This document shows positions 37,720 to 48,164 of a stretch of DNA of 64,000 nt, piece by piece. The notes beneath the pieces were generated by a model. That model was not told the origin of the DNA. It searched no databases and saw only the letters and a list, made by a program, of their open reading frames with translations. Every line of letters begins with the position of its first letter. Position 1 is the stretch's first letter. Position numbers and translations under genes: made by a program. Origin of the DNA: Candidatus Thorarchaeota archaeon (lineage in GTDB: Archaea > Asgardarchaeota > Thorarchaeia > Thorarchaeales > Thorarchaeaceae); NCBI GenBank assembly GCA_011364985.1, contig RDOC01000001.1, forward strand, positions 159,576 to 223,575, in the 5' to 3' direction.

Positions 37720-38541
37720 TTTGATTCACATGCCATGCTCGTACGTTGACACATATCTAGTCACGGTAGCCAAGTGGTTCACTAAATAGAAGAAAACGAT
37801 CAGAAAGATGCCGGTTTCCGAAGCAATTGGTTATGAAAAGCGCAGGTCAGCATCTGGTACGAAATGGATGAGGGCTCAATGCAGCCTGCGCCGGACTAGA
37901 AGTAGCTACTTCTAGATTAGAAGGACATGAGAAAGCGATGCCATACCACACTCAGTCGACTATAGCCCGGGTCCATCTGAAACATGAGGATTTGCATGGT
38001 CCGATCAGTTCGGATTCTCATCTCCAAAGGAATTCTTTGAATGCGAGTCGGAATTAACACTTTAACAACACACCCGTTCCGTATTATTCCCTCAACAAGC
38101 GCTTCTACATCTTCCATTCTTCCATCAGAGATATAGATTCCATATGCTCCAAGAGCACGCAGGATTTCGATGATACTGGCTTCTACCACAGGTCTTGATT
38201 CCGATTTTGCCTAAGCAACGGCCTCGTCACGCAAGTGATACTTCCTCGCTATGGCACGACAGCATTTTGGTACAACCCTTGTCGTTGTCCGCTCAGTACA
38301 AGGATTCAGACAATAAATGAGAGGAATGGTGAATAGGATCACGCCAAAAAAGGAGCTTTCGGGGAGATGCTGTGAGAGAAGATTCGCAACAGTATTCACG
38401 CCATTGTATTGCCTATTCACCTGCAGATAGAAAACACACTTCTCCTAATAACCGAAGTCATAGTCCAAATCTCGTACCAGGTTCAACACACATAATAGGA
38501 AAGCCTGATTCTGGAATCATGAAGCATAAGGAGGGAGCACT

Positions 38542-40568
38542 CTGAAGTCAAGATACTTACTCGTTCTTCTCCTGCTCATCCTTGAGTCAAACCTTCCAGT
38601 CATGATATCGTTTGAACAAGTCAGCGCACAATCTCCCGGAGACTTGGTTCATCCCGGTGACGCCATGGTAGGGGAATTGACCAAGGAGAACGACAAGGAC
38701 TTCTTTGGAATCCAGATTAGTTCACCGGGTCTGTACAACTTCACACTGGAATCGTTGGGACAAACCTCCGCCGTAGCTTACTTCCGTTCTTACGAGGGAG
38801 GATACCCTTACTCAGGAGGCGCTTCGATAACGTCCAATGGTCAAGAATCGTAGATATTCATCCAGACCAATTAGGAGAACGCTTTACCTATCAAATCGTA
38901 ATATACGGTGAGCTTTGGTGGAAGGCAATCTTTCCAGTAGCATACACCATGCGATTTGTTTTATTGTCAGATATTGATATTGCTGCAATCAGCGTACCAA
39001 TATCCCATGATTTTCGCCAAGATGGGGAGTATAAGTGGTTCCTATTACAAACTGGGCAGAACCGCCTCTTTCCCACAATGCAAGCTTACAAATTCAGACT
39101 AGACAGCAATGAATCAGGACTAGTGGACTGGTGCTTTTATCAAAAGAATGGATTAATCCACAGCTATGGGTCAGCACTTCCTAACCGAACAAACGTGGCT
39201 CTCTTGGATGCAGCTGAGTACTACTTCTGTATGGTAAGTCATTCAGCGTTGCCGCGTACAGTCACGGCTTTCTTCAAGCCCACCGAGCTGGAGATTTTGG
39301 AACCCGGAGAGTCATTGAAGGTCAATATGCTCCAAGCAGTAGAGGCGCAACAACGAACGTTCTATCAACTAAGTCTTCTCCAAGGAGTTCACTATGAAAT
39401 CTCTGCCAACTGTGAAGCAAGTATGGATGTAGCATTCAAGATATACAAAGGACCTGCAACCGGTGCAATATCACTCGATTTCTCTGATGGGGGATATGGT
39501 GAAACGGAGATCGTCACTGATCTGATTCTTTGGGGTCAATTCTCTTCCTATTCCTCTGGGAGGAGAAGACCTGAAGAACCAGGTGGAGCTGAGTCACAAT
39601 TGGAAACAGGGTGGAATGGAGACATTATCGATCATTCACGAATGATTCTCGAATTGCTAGTAGAGTCAGGAGAGGGAGATGTTACGTTGGCCGTCACTCA
39701 AAGTGTAGAAGCACCAATAGTTACGGTAGGCAGTAGTATCGCATGTCCATTGGACAACTATGAAGGGCCCTATTGGTATCTCTTCCAATTGATGGACCTT
39801 CAAGGGATGACCGTCTACGACATAACCCTGAACCATTCCGCTGGTCTGGCCACATCGTATTCTGTCTTTCAATCCATGAGATTCGATCAGAGCTATCTGT
39901 ATAATGAAAGGCAATGGTTGGATGAAAAAAGCAGAACATATGTGGAAAGAAGACAGGACTATGATGTCCATGTGTTATGGGACAGCTACGACCCCGGGGG
40001 AAGCCAGACTTATTTGGTGTATCAGCCGATGGCAGGAAACCAATGGCTTCTTGTTGAAGTGCCAAATATTGATATCTCATCCCGTTTGACCGGAGAAATC
40101 AATGTCTCAATAAAGGCATCACCACATTTCGACGCAACGATGGGTAATAGTCAACATATTGATGTCAAGGAGAATCAAGCTGCTGTGTTGCGAATACCAC
40201 TCGAAAGCAGTCACACCTATGGCATTGAGATTACAGCTATTAATGGGAGCAGCTATGCAGACTGTGCGCTGTACAATGAGAGCGGGTTCTTCCTGACTGG
40301 TCAATTCGAATACTTATGGTATTATACTCCAAGGCAAAAAAATGAAGATGTGAGATACAGGTGTTACTACATTGCATCGACTGGATTGCATGCGTTCATA
40401 ATTTCAGGCGATGGCGATGCTCCCGTAACTGTGAGGATATTTGAACTCGGGCAGGCAATACCTATCGATCTGACCATTACATTCTTGGGTATGATAGGTG
40501 CTGCTTCAGGGGGTATTGTTGTCGGCGTCCTAATTGGAAGGAGAAAGTACGGTCCAGTGATAAAGTGA
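38542..40568 (+). pseudogene. Frameshifted secreted, C-terminally anchored beta-sandwich surface protein
   Basis: CTG 38542 after GGAGGG gives signal-like LKSRYLLVLLLLILE, in frame with ORF 38602-38853 (PPC-like DKDFFGIQISSPGLYNFTL). The frame of ORF 38949-40568 is open upstream across that stop and ends in TM + RRK. Confidence 0.6.
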
Positions 40569-40608
40569 AATAAGAGAATTGCCAACTCTAAAATCAATAA
40601 TCAGGAAA

Positions 40609-40641
40609 GGGCCTGCTGCATCCACATTTGCAGCAGGGCCC
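40609..40641. terminator. GC-rich hairpin between convergent genes
   Basis: CCTGCTGCA (40612-40620) pairs with TGCAGCAGG (40629-40637) around an 8-nt loop, extended by GGG/CCC. Confidence 0.5.
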
Positions 40642-40805
40642 GCGGAAGAGAGGAGTAGGGAAATCTGCAAGGTTTCTTTAACTCTAATCCTGAATGGCGA
40701 AAATCATATTTTCATCGAAGACATTTCGGAAACTCAAATAATCATATAGTGTATGACGACTTTCCTAAATAATAGCTATCATTAAAGCAGGCCAAACGGT
40801 TCAAT

Positions 40806-42614
40806 TCATACGGACTCGTAGCGGGACTGAACAAGTTCTCTAAGGTCACTAAGAAAGCGTTCCGCCTGCTTGGTACCAAGCTCCCAAAATGCAGGGTCAG
40901 AAATATCATAACCAAACTCAAGTAATTGGTCATGAGGACTTTGGCTACCGCCCTTGGAAAGCAGCTTCTTGAATCGTTCTACAAATGTAGAACCTTCCTG
41001 CTTATAGGTCTCGTAGAGGGCAAAGACCAGCATCTGTGCAAAGCAGTAGCTATAATTGTAGAAACGGAAGTTAGGTTTGTAAAAATGGGGAATTCGTGCC
41101 CATTCATAGTCGATGTAATCTGCTTCTGCCCAATCCACAGTCTCGCCAAAGATCTCTCTTCTAGCCTCACTCCACAAGATACACGCAGCATCGGCATCGA
41201 TAACCTTCCCGGCTTCAATCGCCTCATACACTTTCTTCTCAAAGAATGCTCTGACACCGACATAGTAGACTATATAGAAGAAGCGGGTTAGCAGTTCTCC
41301 AAGTGTTTCGATTTTCTGTTCCCTCGATTCAGCCAGTGAGAGTAGTCTCTCGGAGAGTAGCAGCTCTCCAAAGACGCTGCCCATTTCTGCCATACAATGA
41401 CCCGGGGACCTGCTTAGTACTGATTGTGCATGCAGAGCATAGTGTCCTTGAACAGCATGCCCATTCTCATGAGTAAGAGTGAATATGTCGCTCAGGGAGT
41501 TGTCATAAGTTGTCTGTATGAAAGAAGTCTTCGCATGGAACCAATAGGTACAGAATGCCCCGCTACGTTTTCCAACACGACTGGCAGCGTCAACCCGTTT
41601 CCCATCAAACATGTTTTTTACTATTGTCCCCATCTCTTCATCAAATGAGCTATATGCATCAATCACCATTTTCTTAGCCATGGGCCATTCAAGGGACCAG
41701 TCTGACTTCACAGTCATTGGAGCAATGACATCAAATCCTGCCAACTTCTCAAGTCCTAGAACTCTGCCTTTAAGCCTCAGAAACTCTCGATATTTGCCAG
41801 CAGTATTCTTGATTGCAGAAAGGAGACTCTCTATCGTCTTTTCATCCACATCTTGATCTAGAAGGCTCTGTGTCATTGAAGACGGCATTCCCCTTCTCTT
41901 TGTCATGGAGAAATGGTCTGCACAGATTGAACGCAGTGCATAGGCATGTAGAAGACCATCATCATGAAGGCTCTTGTACTCCATTGCTGATGCCATTTTG
42001 CGAATATTCCGGTTCGGATTACTTCTCAGAGCACTGAGTGAGGAGTATGGCAGTATCTTTTTCTCACCATCAATCTCAACTTCATATTTCTTTCTCGATA
42101 CCCATGTTTGCCTCAATTCTTCAAAGAGAAAGATGCCATAGAGGTCCTTTGATACAATGATTCTCTCTTCATCATCGGATAGTCGATATGGAAGCCAAGC
42201 TGCCAGTTTCTCAAGCCAGTGACGATGCCGAGCAAGGGCAGCGTTTTCGAGCAAGTCTGGGGATTCATGTGCTACCTTTCCTAGTCGGATGTACAACGGT
42301 TTCTCTATCTGCTCGAATTTCCTGCGCGCTTCTTCTCCCCATTGCCTCAGCTGGATGGAGATCCTATCTTGACTATTTGCAGAAAAACTCAATCTGCAAT
42401 AAAGATTCAAATCCATGAATCTGGCATAGAGCTGTTCGTACTCATCAATGAACATCTTCAGGGCATGTGGGTTCATTGATTCGATTTCATCCATGTATTT
42501 GCGGGAAAAAGACTCCGCTTCCTCAATCGTCTCCTGAAGCATATCATGAACTTCATCTGGAGATGCACCGTTGACAATCTGAGAGAGATCCCATGACATA
42601 TTGTTGTCAGACAT
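40806..42614 (-). CDS. pepF: Oligoendopeptidase F (M3B)
   Basis: WDLS, GKRSGAFC, HENGHAVQ (HExxH), AEMGSVFGE, WARIPHF...FYNYSY. Confidence 0.9.
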   Translation of the reverse strand: MSDNNMSWDLSQIVNGASPDEVHDMLQETIEEAESFSRKYMDEIESMNPHALKMFIDEYEQLYARFMDLNLYCRLSFSANSQDRISIQLRQWGEEARRKFEQIEKPLYIRLGKVAHESPDLLENAALARHRHWLEKLAAWLPYRLSDDEERIIVSKDLYGIFLFEELRQTWVSRKKYEVEIDGEKKILPYSSLSALRSNPNRNIRKMASAMEYKSLHDDGLLHAYALRSICADHFSMTKRRGMPSSMTQSLLDQDVDEKTIESLLSAIKNTAGKYREFLRLKGRVLGLEKLAGFDVIAPMTVKSDWSLEWPMAKKMVIDAYSSFDEEMGTIVKNMFDGKRVDAASRVGKRSGAFCTYWFHAKTSFIQTTYDNSLSDIFTLTHENGHAVQGHYALHAQSVLSRSPGHCMAEMGSVFGELLLSERLLSLAESREQKIETLGELLTRFFYIVYYVGVRAFFEKKVYEAIEAGKVIDADAACILWSEARREIFGETVDWAEADYIDYEWARIPHFYKPNFRFYNYSYCFAQMLVFALYETYKQEGSTFVERFKKLLSKGGSQSPHDQLLEFGYDISDPAFWELGTKQAERFLSDLRELVQSRYESV

Positions 42615-42723
42615 CGCCGTAACCCGAATCGGCTGGGTTCCGTGCCCCAATAAAAGAACTCCTTTATGGCAGGTTTCCGGTAAGCGCTAAGTTAAATTCG
42701 CGCAGAAAACACTGGCATCAACA

Positions 42724-43374
42724 ATGAATAAGCCTCAATATGACCTCCACATTCACTCCAACTTTTCAGACGGAATTCCAAGTGTTGCCCAGATAGTAGA
42801 AAGAGCGTCAGAGCTTCGCTTGAAAACTATCGCAATAACAGACCACTTCTGGCCATCCTTAGGATCTCAAAGAGGAGGGCTTGGAACGATAGAAGAACGG
42901 CGTATGCAAATTGCCGTCCTCAGAGAGGATTTCCCTGCAATGACAATCCTTGATGGGGCAGAGATTGATATTCTCTCCAATGGTGGATTTGTACCTGTTG
43001 CTGGCGGCCCCGACAAGTTTGATCTTGTAATTGGCTCGGTGCATTGGCTATCTGGATCTGAACAATGGACATCAGCAATGCTGAAAACACTCGCAATGAC
43101 CCACTTTGATGTTCTTGGTCACTGGGATGGCTACCTGACAACTTACAAGCATGAAGAAGGAGTCAAGGTGGCGGAGGCGCTTGCAGAGGCTGAAGTAGCA
43201 ATCGAACTCAGTTCAAGGTATGAACCTGTGCATACGGAGTTTCTAGAAGCAGCACGGGATGCAGGATGTCTGTTTACACTTGGCAGTGACTCTCATAGCT
43301 TGGACACCATAGGAAAATTAGATGACCAATTCAAATTAGCTGTTGCGCTGGATCTTACACTATTGAATGCATAA
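42724..43374 (+). CDS. PHP-domain phosphoesterase
   Basis: DLHIHSNFSDG, AITDH, GAEID, GSVH, LGSDSH. Confidence 0.9.
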   Translation: MNKPQYDLHIHSNFSDGIPSVAQIVERASELRLKTIAITDHFWPSLGSQRGGLGTIEERRMQIAVLREDFPAMTILDGAEIDILSNGGFVPVAGGPDKFDLVIGSVHWLSGSEQWTSAMLKTLAMTHFDVLGHWDGYLTTYKHEEGVKVAEALAEAEVAIELSSRYEPVHTEFLEAARDAGCLFTLGSDSHSLDTIGKLDDQFKLAVALDLTLLNA

Positions 43375-43466
43375 ATACCCTAGAAACAGACGGATTCTTA
43401 GGACCCAGAAGGCTTTTCTCATGCCATTCCTTCATTACAACAAGACGTAGTCAGGAGAGTAGTGCT

Positions 43467-43892
43467 ATGGGTGATAACAAATTCATTTTTCCTTCAGAGG
43501 AATGGATTGAGAAATATGAAGAAGTCCTGAACGCCAGCAAAGAATACGAAGACGCGGCCTATGATTGGGAAGGAGACTTCGTATTTGAGATAGAACCAGA
43601 TGGAGAGATAATAAAGGAGTCCATCCGGTTCTATTTGGATCTATGGCATGGGAAGTGTAGGTCTGCACGGATGGCTGGAGCCAATGATACGGCCGAGTTC
43701 ACTTACGCTGGCCCCTATAAGAATTGGAAGCTCCTCTTCGACAAGAAGATAGACCCGATAAAGGGCCTGATGCAGAGGAAATTCAAGTTGGGCAAAGGAA
43801 ATGACATGGGGAAGATAATGCGCTATACCAAAGCGGCTATGGAACTTGTCAATGCGACAACGAAAGTCCCCACCAAGTTCCTTGATGAGTAG
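43467..43892 (+). CDS. SCP2 sterol/lipid-binding domain protein
   Basis: FPSEEW, WEGDF, DLWHGKC, W..L...IDPIKGLMQRKFKL. Confidence 0.88.
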   Translation: MGDNKFIFPSEEWIEKYEEVLNASKEYEDAAYDWEGDFVFEIEPDGEIIKESIRFYLDLWHGKCRSARMAGANDTAEFTYAGPYKNWKLLFDKKIDPIKGLMQRKFKLGKGNDMGKIMRYTKAAMELVNATTKVPTKFLDE

Positions 43893-43952
43893 TTCATGGG
43901 TAAATCCATAGAATCACATACTTAATACGATATCAAAGCTTCAAAAGAGGCT

Positions 43953-45044
43953 ATGCCCTCCATTCGAACACCGATATGCGAAATTCTAGGAATTAAGCAT
44001 CCGATTCTTCAAGGGGGAATGGGACCGTACAAGACTGAAGATCTTGCAATTGCTGTATCAAATGCGGGTGCGCTTGGGGTTATCAGCAGTATTGGCATGG
44101 CAGCGACACTTCTGCCAGACGCCGCCCCCATAGACGCAGTGAAACTCTTTGGTATGGATCCTCCAACAGTCATTCTGCAGAAATCAATCGAGAAAGTTGC
44201 CAAGGAAACAAGACAGTCAGGAGGCGTCTTTGGCGTCAATATTCCTGTCGCCTCTGAATTTATCCTTGCCTCACAGATATTTTCTAAACAGGTTCTCGAA
44301 TCTCGCTCGGATGATTCGGATATAGAAAGATCTCTCAGGGTTGTTGTGACATCCGCTGGAAACCCTACTCCATGGGCTGAACTAAAGAAACATGGTCTGA
44401 TTTGGATTCACGTCGTGCCATCAGTTTATCATGCAAAAAAGGCTGAGAAAGCAGGTGTGGATATCATAGTTGCTTCGGGGCATGAAGGGGGCGCCCATGT
44501 CTCATGGGATCCTGTTCACTCCATCGTATTAGTTCCCGCTGTGGCAAAGGCAGTTAAGACGCCAGTTGTTGCAGCAGGAGGATTCTGCGATGGGAGATCG
44601 CTAGCCTCAGCATTGAGTCTTGGAGCTGAAGGAATACAAATGGGTACAAGGTTCATTGCCACCAAAGAAAGCGACTTCGAACCAATATGGAAGCAAGCTA
44701 TCATGTCACATGAGGAAAGAGAGACTCTTGTGGGCAGGGGCATTTTTGGCCCAATGAGATTCCTGAGGAATAGACGTGCAGAGCAAATAGTAGAACAGAC
44801 ACTCCAAGATTTGCCACGTTTTTATCTCGGAAAACCCATTGACTCCAACGCAGAGATACTAAGGCTGGAAAGGACCGGATTTGACGACCTTCTTGACGCA
44901 AAGAAAGATACTTCCTTGATGTTCGGTGGAGAGGTGGTTGGTAGAATCAGTGACATGCCAACGGTGAAAGAGCTAATCACAGAGATTATAGAAGAAGCTG
45001 CTTCAACTCTTCGATGGCTCCTTCAGTATGTTGATGAAAGGTAG
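43953..45044 (+). CDS. Nitronate monooxygenase / FabK-like FMN oxidoreductase
   Basis: LGIKHPILQGGM, SGHEGGAH, VAAGGFCDG, GIQMGTRF. Confidence 0.88.
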   Translation: MPSIRTPICEILGIKHPILQGGMGPYKTEDLAIAVSNAGALGVISSIGMAATLLPDAAPIDAVKLFGMDPPTVILQKSIEKVAKETRQSGGVFGVNIPVASEFILASQIFSKQVLESRSDDSDIERSLRVVVTSAGNPTPWAELKKHGLIWIHVVPSVYHAKKAEKAGVDIIVASGHEGGAHVSWDPVHSIVLVPAVAKAVKTPVVAAGGFCDGRSLASALSLGAEGIQMGTRFIATKESDFEPIWKQAIMSHEERETLVGRGIFGPMRFLRNRRAEQIVEQTLQDLPRFYLGKPIDSNAEILRLERTGFDDLLDAKKDTSLMFGGEVVGRISDMPTVKELITEIIEEAASTLRWLLQYVDER

Positions 45045-45133
45045 TACGTCAGAAATAAGTGGGCGTTTACAATTCACATATACCAAGGCTTGTAGCAAAA
45101 AAGAGATTGGTACTGCAAAATAAGGTGCAGAAT

Positions 45134-46306
45134 ATGTCATGGGAATATGATATACCAAAGATAGTCTTCGGTGAGGATGCCATTGAAGAGCTTAATCGAC
45201 TGAAGGGAAATAGCGCATTCCTTGTCACTGATGGTGTTATCAACAAGCTTGGACTTGTAGAGAAGGTTGTCCAGATTCTGAGCGACAACCAGTGGAATAT
45301 TGCCGTTTGGGACTGCGCAGAACAAGACCCACGTGTTTCATCGGTTCGGGAAGCTGCTGAAGGGATGAGGAACTTCTGTGCAGATATCATAGTCGCTTTG
45401 GGAGGCGGAAGCGTGATGGACACGGCAAAGGCCGCCTGGGCGCTATACGCTCAGCCTGACATGGACCTCACAGCCCTTAACCCCTTTGAAGAGCTTGGAG
45501 TAAGGGAGAAAGCGAAACTTATCTGTATTCCAACAACCTCAGGAACAGGATCTGAAGTAACCAAGGCTGTTGTCATCAGAGAAGATGAATCAGGACGTAA
45601 GTTTGCGACAATCAATCCTGAGCTTGTACCTGACCTTGCAATACTTGACCCTTATTTTGTGAAGGATTTACCGAAGAACCTCACCGCATGGACAGGAATG
45701 GATGCGCTCACCCACGCTGTTGAAGCATATACCTCGTCATGGAAGAATGCCTTCTCAGATGCATGCACGATGAAGGCTGTGAAAATGGTCTTCGAATGGC
45801 TTCCAAAATCGGTTGCTGACACTTCAGATATGGATGCAAGAGGGAAGATGCAAGTCGCTGCCTGTCTTGCGGGAATGGCCTTTAGCAATTCGCAAGTAGC
45901 ACTAGCCCACTCGTTAGGACATTCTCTTGGTTCAGTCCTTCGCCTTCATCATGGAATGTCCGTTGGAATGGCATTGCCGTACACAATCGAATATTGCTGC
46001 ACGGATGAGGACACTGCCAAATACTACGCTGAGCTGGCTGCTATCATTGGAATCGTTGGGAAAAAACCCGAAACCGTCGCTAGGAAGTTCGCTGAAGCAA
46101 TAAGAGTGCTAATGGAAAAGATAGACAGCCCAACAAGTCTCAAGGCTGCAAAGGTTACGAAGAAGAAGTTCAAGGAAGGACTGAACAAGCTGGTTGAATA
46201 TGCCATGATGGATGCAGCAATCACCATGAGCCCGCGAAACACAGACAGCAACATAATCAAAAGGATCTATATGGCCATGTTTGATGGTGAGCCAATCGAC
46301 TTCTAG
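45134..46306 (+). CDS. Iron-containing alcohol dehydrogenase
   Basis: LGGGSVMDTAK, IPTTSGTGSE, GMDALTHAVE, HSLGH, HHG. Start placed at ATG 45134. Confidence 0.92.
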   Translation: MSWEYDIPKIVFGEDAIEELNRLKGNSAFLVTDGVINKLGLVEKVVQILSDNQWNIAVWDCAEQDPRVSSVREAAEGMRNFCADIIVALGGGSVMDTAKAAWALYAQPDMDLTALNPFEELGVREKAKLICIPTTSGTGSEVTKAVVIREDESGRKFATINPELVPDLAILDPYFVKDLPKNLTAWTGMDALTHAVEAYTSSWKNAFSDACTMKAVKMVFEWLPKSVADTSDMDARGKMQVAACLAGMAFSNSQVALAHSLGHSLGSVLRLHHGMSVGMALPYTIEYCCTDEDTAKYYAELAAIIGIVGKKPETVARKFAEAIRVLMEKIDSPTSLKAAKVTKKKFKEGLNKLVEYAMMDAAITMSPRNTDSNIIKRIYMAMFDGEPIDF

Positions 46307-46319
46307 CAGGGACGAATCA

Positions 46320-48146
46320 ATGTTTGGATATCGAGGAAAGATACTGAGGGTAAATCTAAGTTCTCAGGATATCTCTGAGATGGCATTGGACCAAGATGTT
46401 GCCCGTGAGTTCATTGGTGGAATTGGACTTGCTGCAAGTATCCTCTACGATATGGTTGACAAAGACACCGACCCGTTAGGGCCTAACAATCCGCTTCTTA
46501 TACTGAATGGTCCATTCTGCGGAACGATGATTCCCACAGGGAGCAAGGCTGCAATGTGTAGCAAGTCACCACAGACCGACCTTTGGGGACATAGCATATT
46601 TGGAGGACACTTCGGAGCAAATCTGAAGTTTGCAGGTTATGATGGTATTTTGATTGAGGGTTCATCGGAGAAACCATGCTACATTTTGGTTGATGACTCA
46701 AATGTAGAGGTCAGAAATGCAGAACACCTCTGGGGAAGGAATACTGAAGAAACGTGGGATACTTTGAAGGAAGAGACCGGACTTAGGAATGCAGGTGTTG
46801 CACGAATCGGGCTGGCCGGTGAAAATCTCGTCAGATATGCCTGCGTCTGTGTTGACCACTATAGGGCTGCAGGGCGGACGGGCATGGGTGCGGTCATGGG
46901 CTCTAAGAAACTCAAAGCAATTGTTGTGAATGGCACAGATCGAAATGTGCCAGTGGCAGATCCAGATGGCTTGAATGAGCTAGCAAAGAGCCTCAACGAA
47001 TCGTTGAGTGAAGACCCAACCTTCAACATGTATTCGGAGTTGGGCAATGCCGGTTATGTGGATATGGCAAGCATGATGTATGGTTCCTTGCCTGCGGGGT
47101 ACTATACCGTTTCAGACTTTGATTCATACAATCTCAGCGGAACAACCATGCGTGAAACGATACTTGTTGGAAAATCAGCCTGTTACAGGTGCCCGATAGG
47201 CTGCGGTAGAGTAATTGAGATAAAAGAGGGTAAGTACGCAACAGGACGTTTTGCTGGACCTGAGTATGAGGTCATTGGTTCAATGGGAACGCTCATCCTC
47301 ACCAATGATTTGGAAGCTGTCACATTCACTGCAAAACAGATGGAACTTCTGGGTATTGATTTCATATCTGGTGGAAGCACAATTGCTCTTGCATACTATC
47401 TGTTTAAGGAGGGAAGAATAACAGCCAAAGACTTGGATGGCATTACCCCCGAATGGGGCGAGTCTGATTCTGCCTTGGCATTGCTTGCAAAAATCGCCAA
47501 GAGAGAGGGAGTAGGGAACATCATGGCGGAGGGGTCTCTTGCATTCGCGAAGAAGCACGGCTGTGAAGAGCTTGCTGCGCAGGTCAATGGCCTTGAGATG
47601 CCCATGCATGATCCCAGAGGCTTCTCAGGCATGGCAATAGGATATGCGACTTCGCCACGCGGTGCTTGCCACATGACTGCGGACATGTATAATGTGCAGA
47701 TGGGGCAGACAAATGAAGCACTTGGCATTGAGAGTCAGAACAGGTTCACCAATGAAGCAGAAATTACTGCAAAGCAACAGAACCTGAGATGTGTCACCAA
47801 CTCACTACTCATTTGTCACTATTATCCAGCCTTGGCTGAGGAGTTGGTGGAGTTTATACAGAAGACAACGGGCTGGAAGGACTACTCCGTGGAGCAATTG
47901 GCTGAGAGCGGTGAGCGGATTTTCACACTCCTGCGCCTCTTCAATTTGAAGATGGGATATAGAACAGAAAACGAACGCCTACCTGAGATAGTCTTGAGCC
48001 CCCTCGAAGGTCCAACTGAGGGGTATGTACCGGACGTTGATGAGATGCTTGATACCTGGTACCAGTTCAGAGGTTGGGACAGAAAGACAGGAATGCCCCC
48101 CAAGAAGCGAATCAAGGAATTGGGGCTCTCTAGTTTTATTCAATGA
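46320..48146 (+). CDS. aor: Aldehyde:ferredoxin oxidoreductase (W/Mo)
   Basis: GYRGKILRVNLS, KSPQT, GRTGMGAVMGSKKLKA, CYRCPIGC, GPEYE, PMHDPRG, TSPRGACH. Confidence 0.93.
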   Translation: MFGYRGKILRVNLSSQDISEMALDQDVAREFIGGIGLAASILYDMVDKDTDPLGPNNPLLILNGPFCGTMIPTGSKAAMCSKSPQTDLWGHSIFGGHFGANLKFAGYDGILIEGSSEKPCYILVDDSNVEVRNAEHLWGRNTEETWDTLKEETGLRNAGVARIGLAGENLVRYACVCVDHYRAAGRTGMGAVMGSKKLKAIVVNGTDRNVPVADPDGLNELAKSLNESLSEDPTFNMYSELGNAGYVDMASMMYGSLPAGYYTVSDFDSYNLSGTTMRETILVGKSACYRCPIGCGRVIEIKEGKYATGRFAGPEYEVIGSMGTLILTNDLEAVTFTAKQMELLGIDFISGGSTIALAYYLFKEGRITAKDLDGITPEWGESDSALALLAKIAKREGVGNIMAEGSLAFAKKHGCEELAAQVNGLEMPMHDPRGFSGMAIGYATSPRGACHMTADMYNVQMGQTNEALGIESQNRFTNEAEITAKQQNLRCVTNSLLICHYYPALAEELVEFIQKTTGWKDYSVEQLAESGERIFTLLRLFNLKMGYRTENERLPEIVLSPLEGPTEGYVPDVDEMLDTWYQFRGWDRKTGMPPKKRIKELGLSSFIQ

Positions 48147-48164
48147 AGCGGAGGTCAATCAGGA

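Noticed and set aside
37917-38420. Minus-strand ORFs of 90 and 69 aa
   Set aside because: No recognisable motifs and weak starts; cannot be supported as genes.
38851-38874. Pyrrolysine readthrough of TAG joining ORFs 38602 and 38949
   Set aside because: The two ORFs are in different frames and a second TAG follows at 38872.
40609-40641. Hairpin as a SECIS element or ncRNA
   Set aside because: No adjacent gene with an in-frame TGA; its position between convergent genes fits a terminator.
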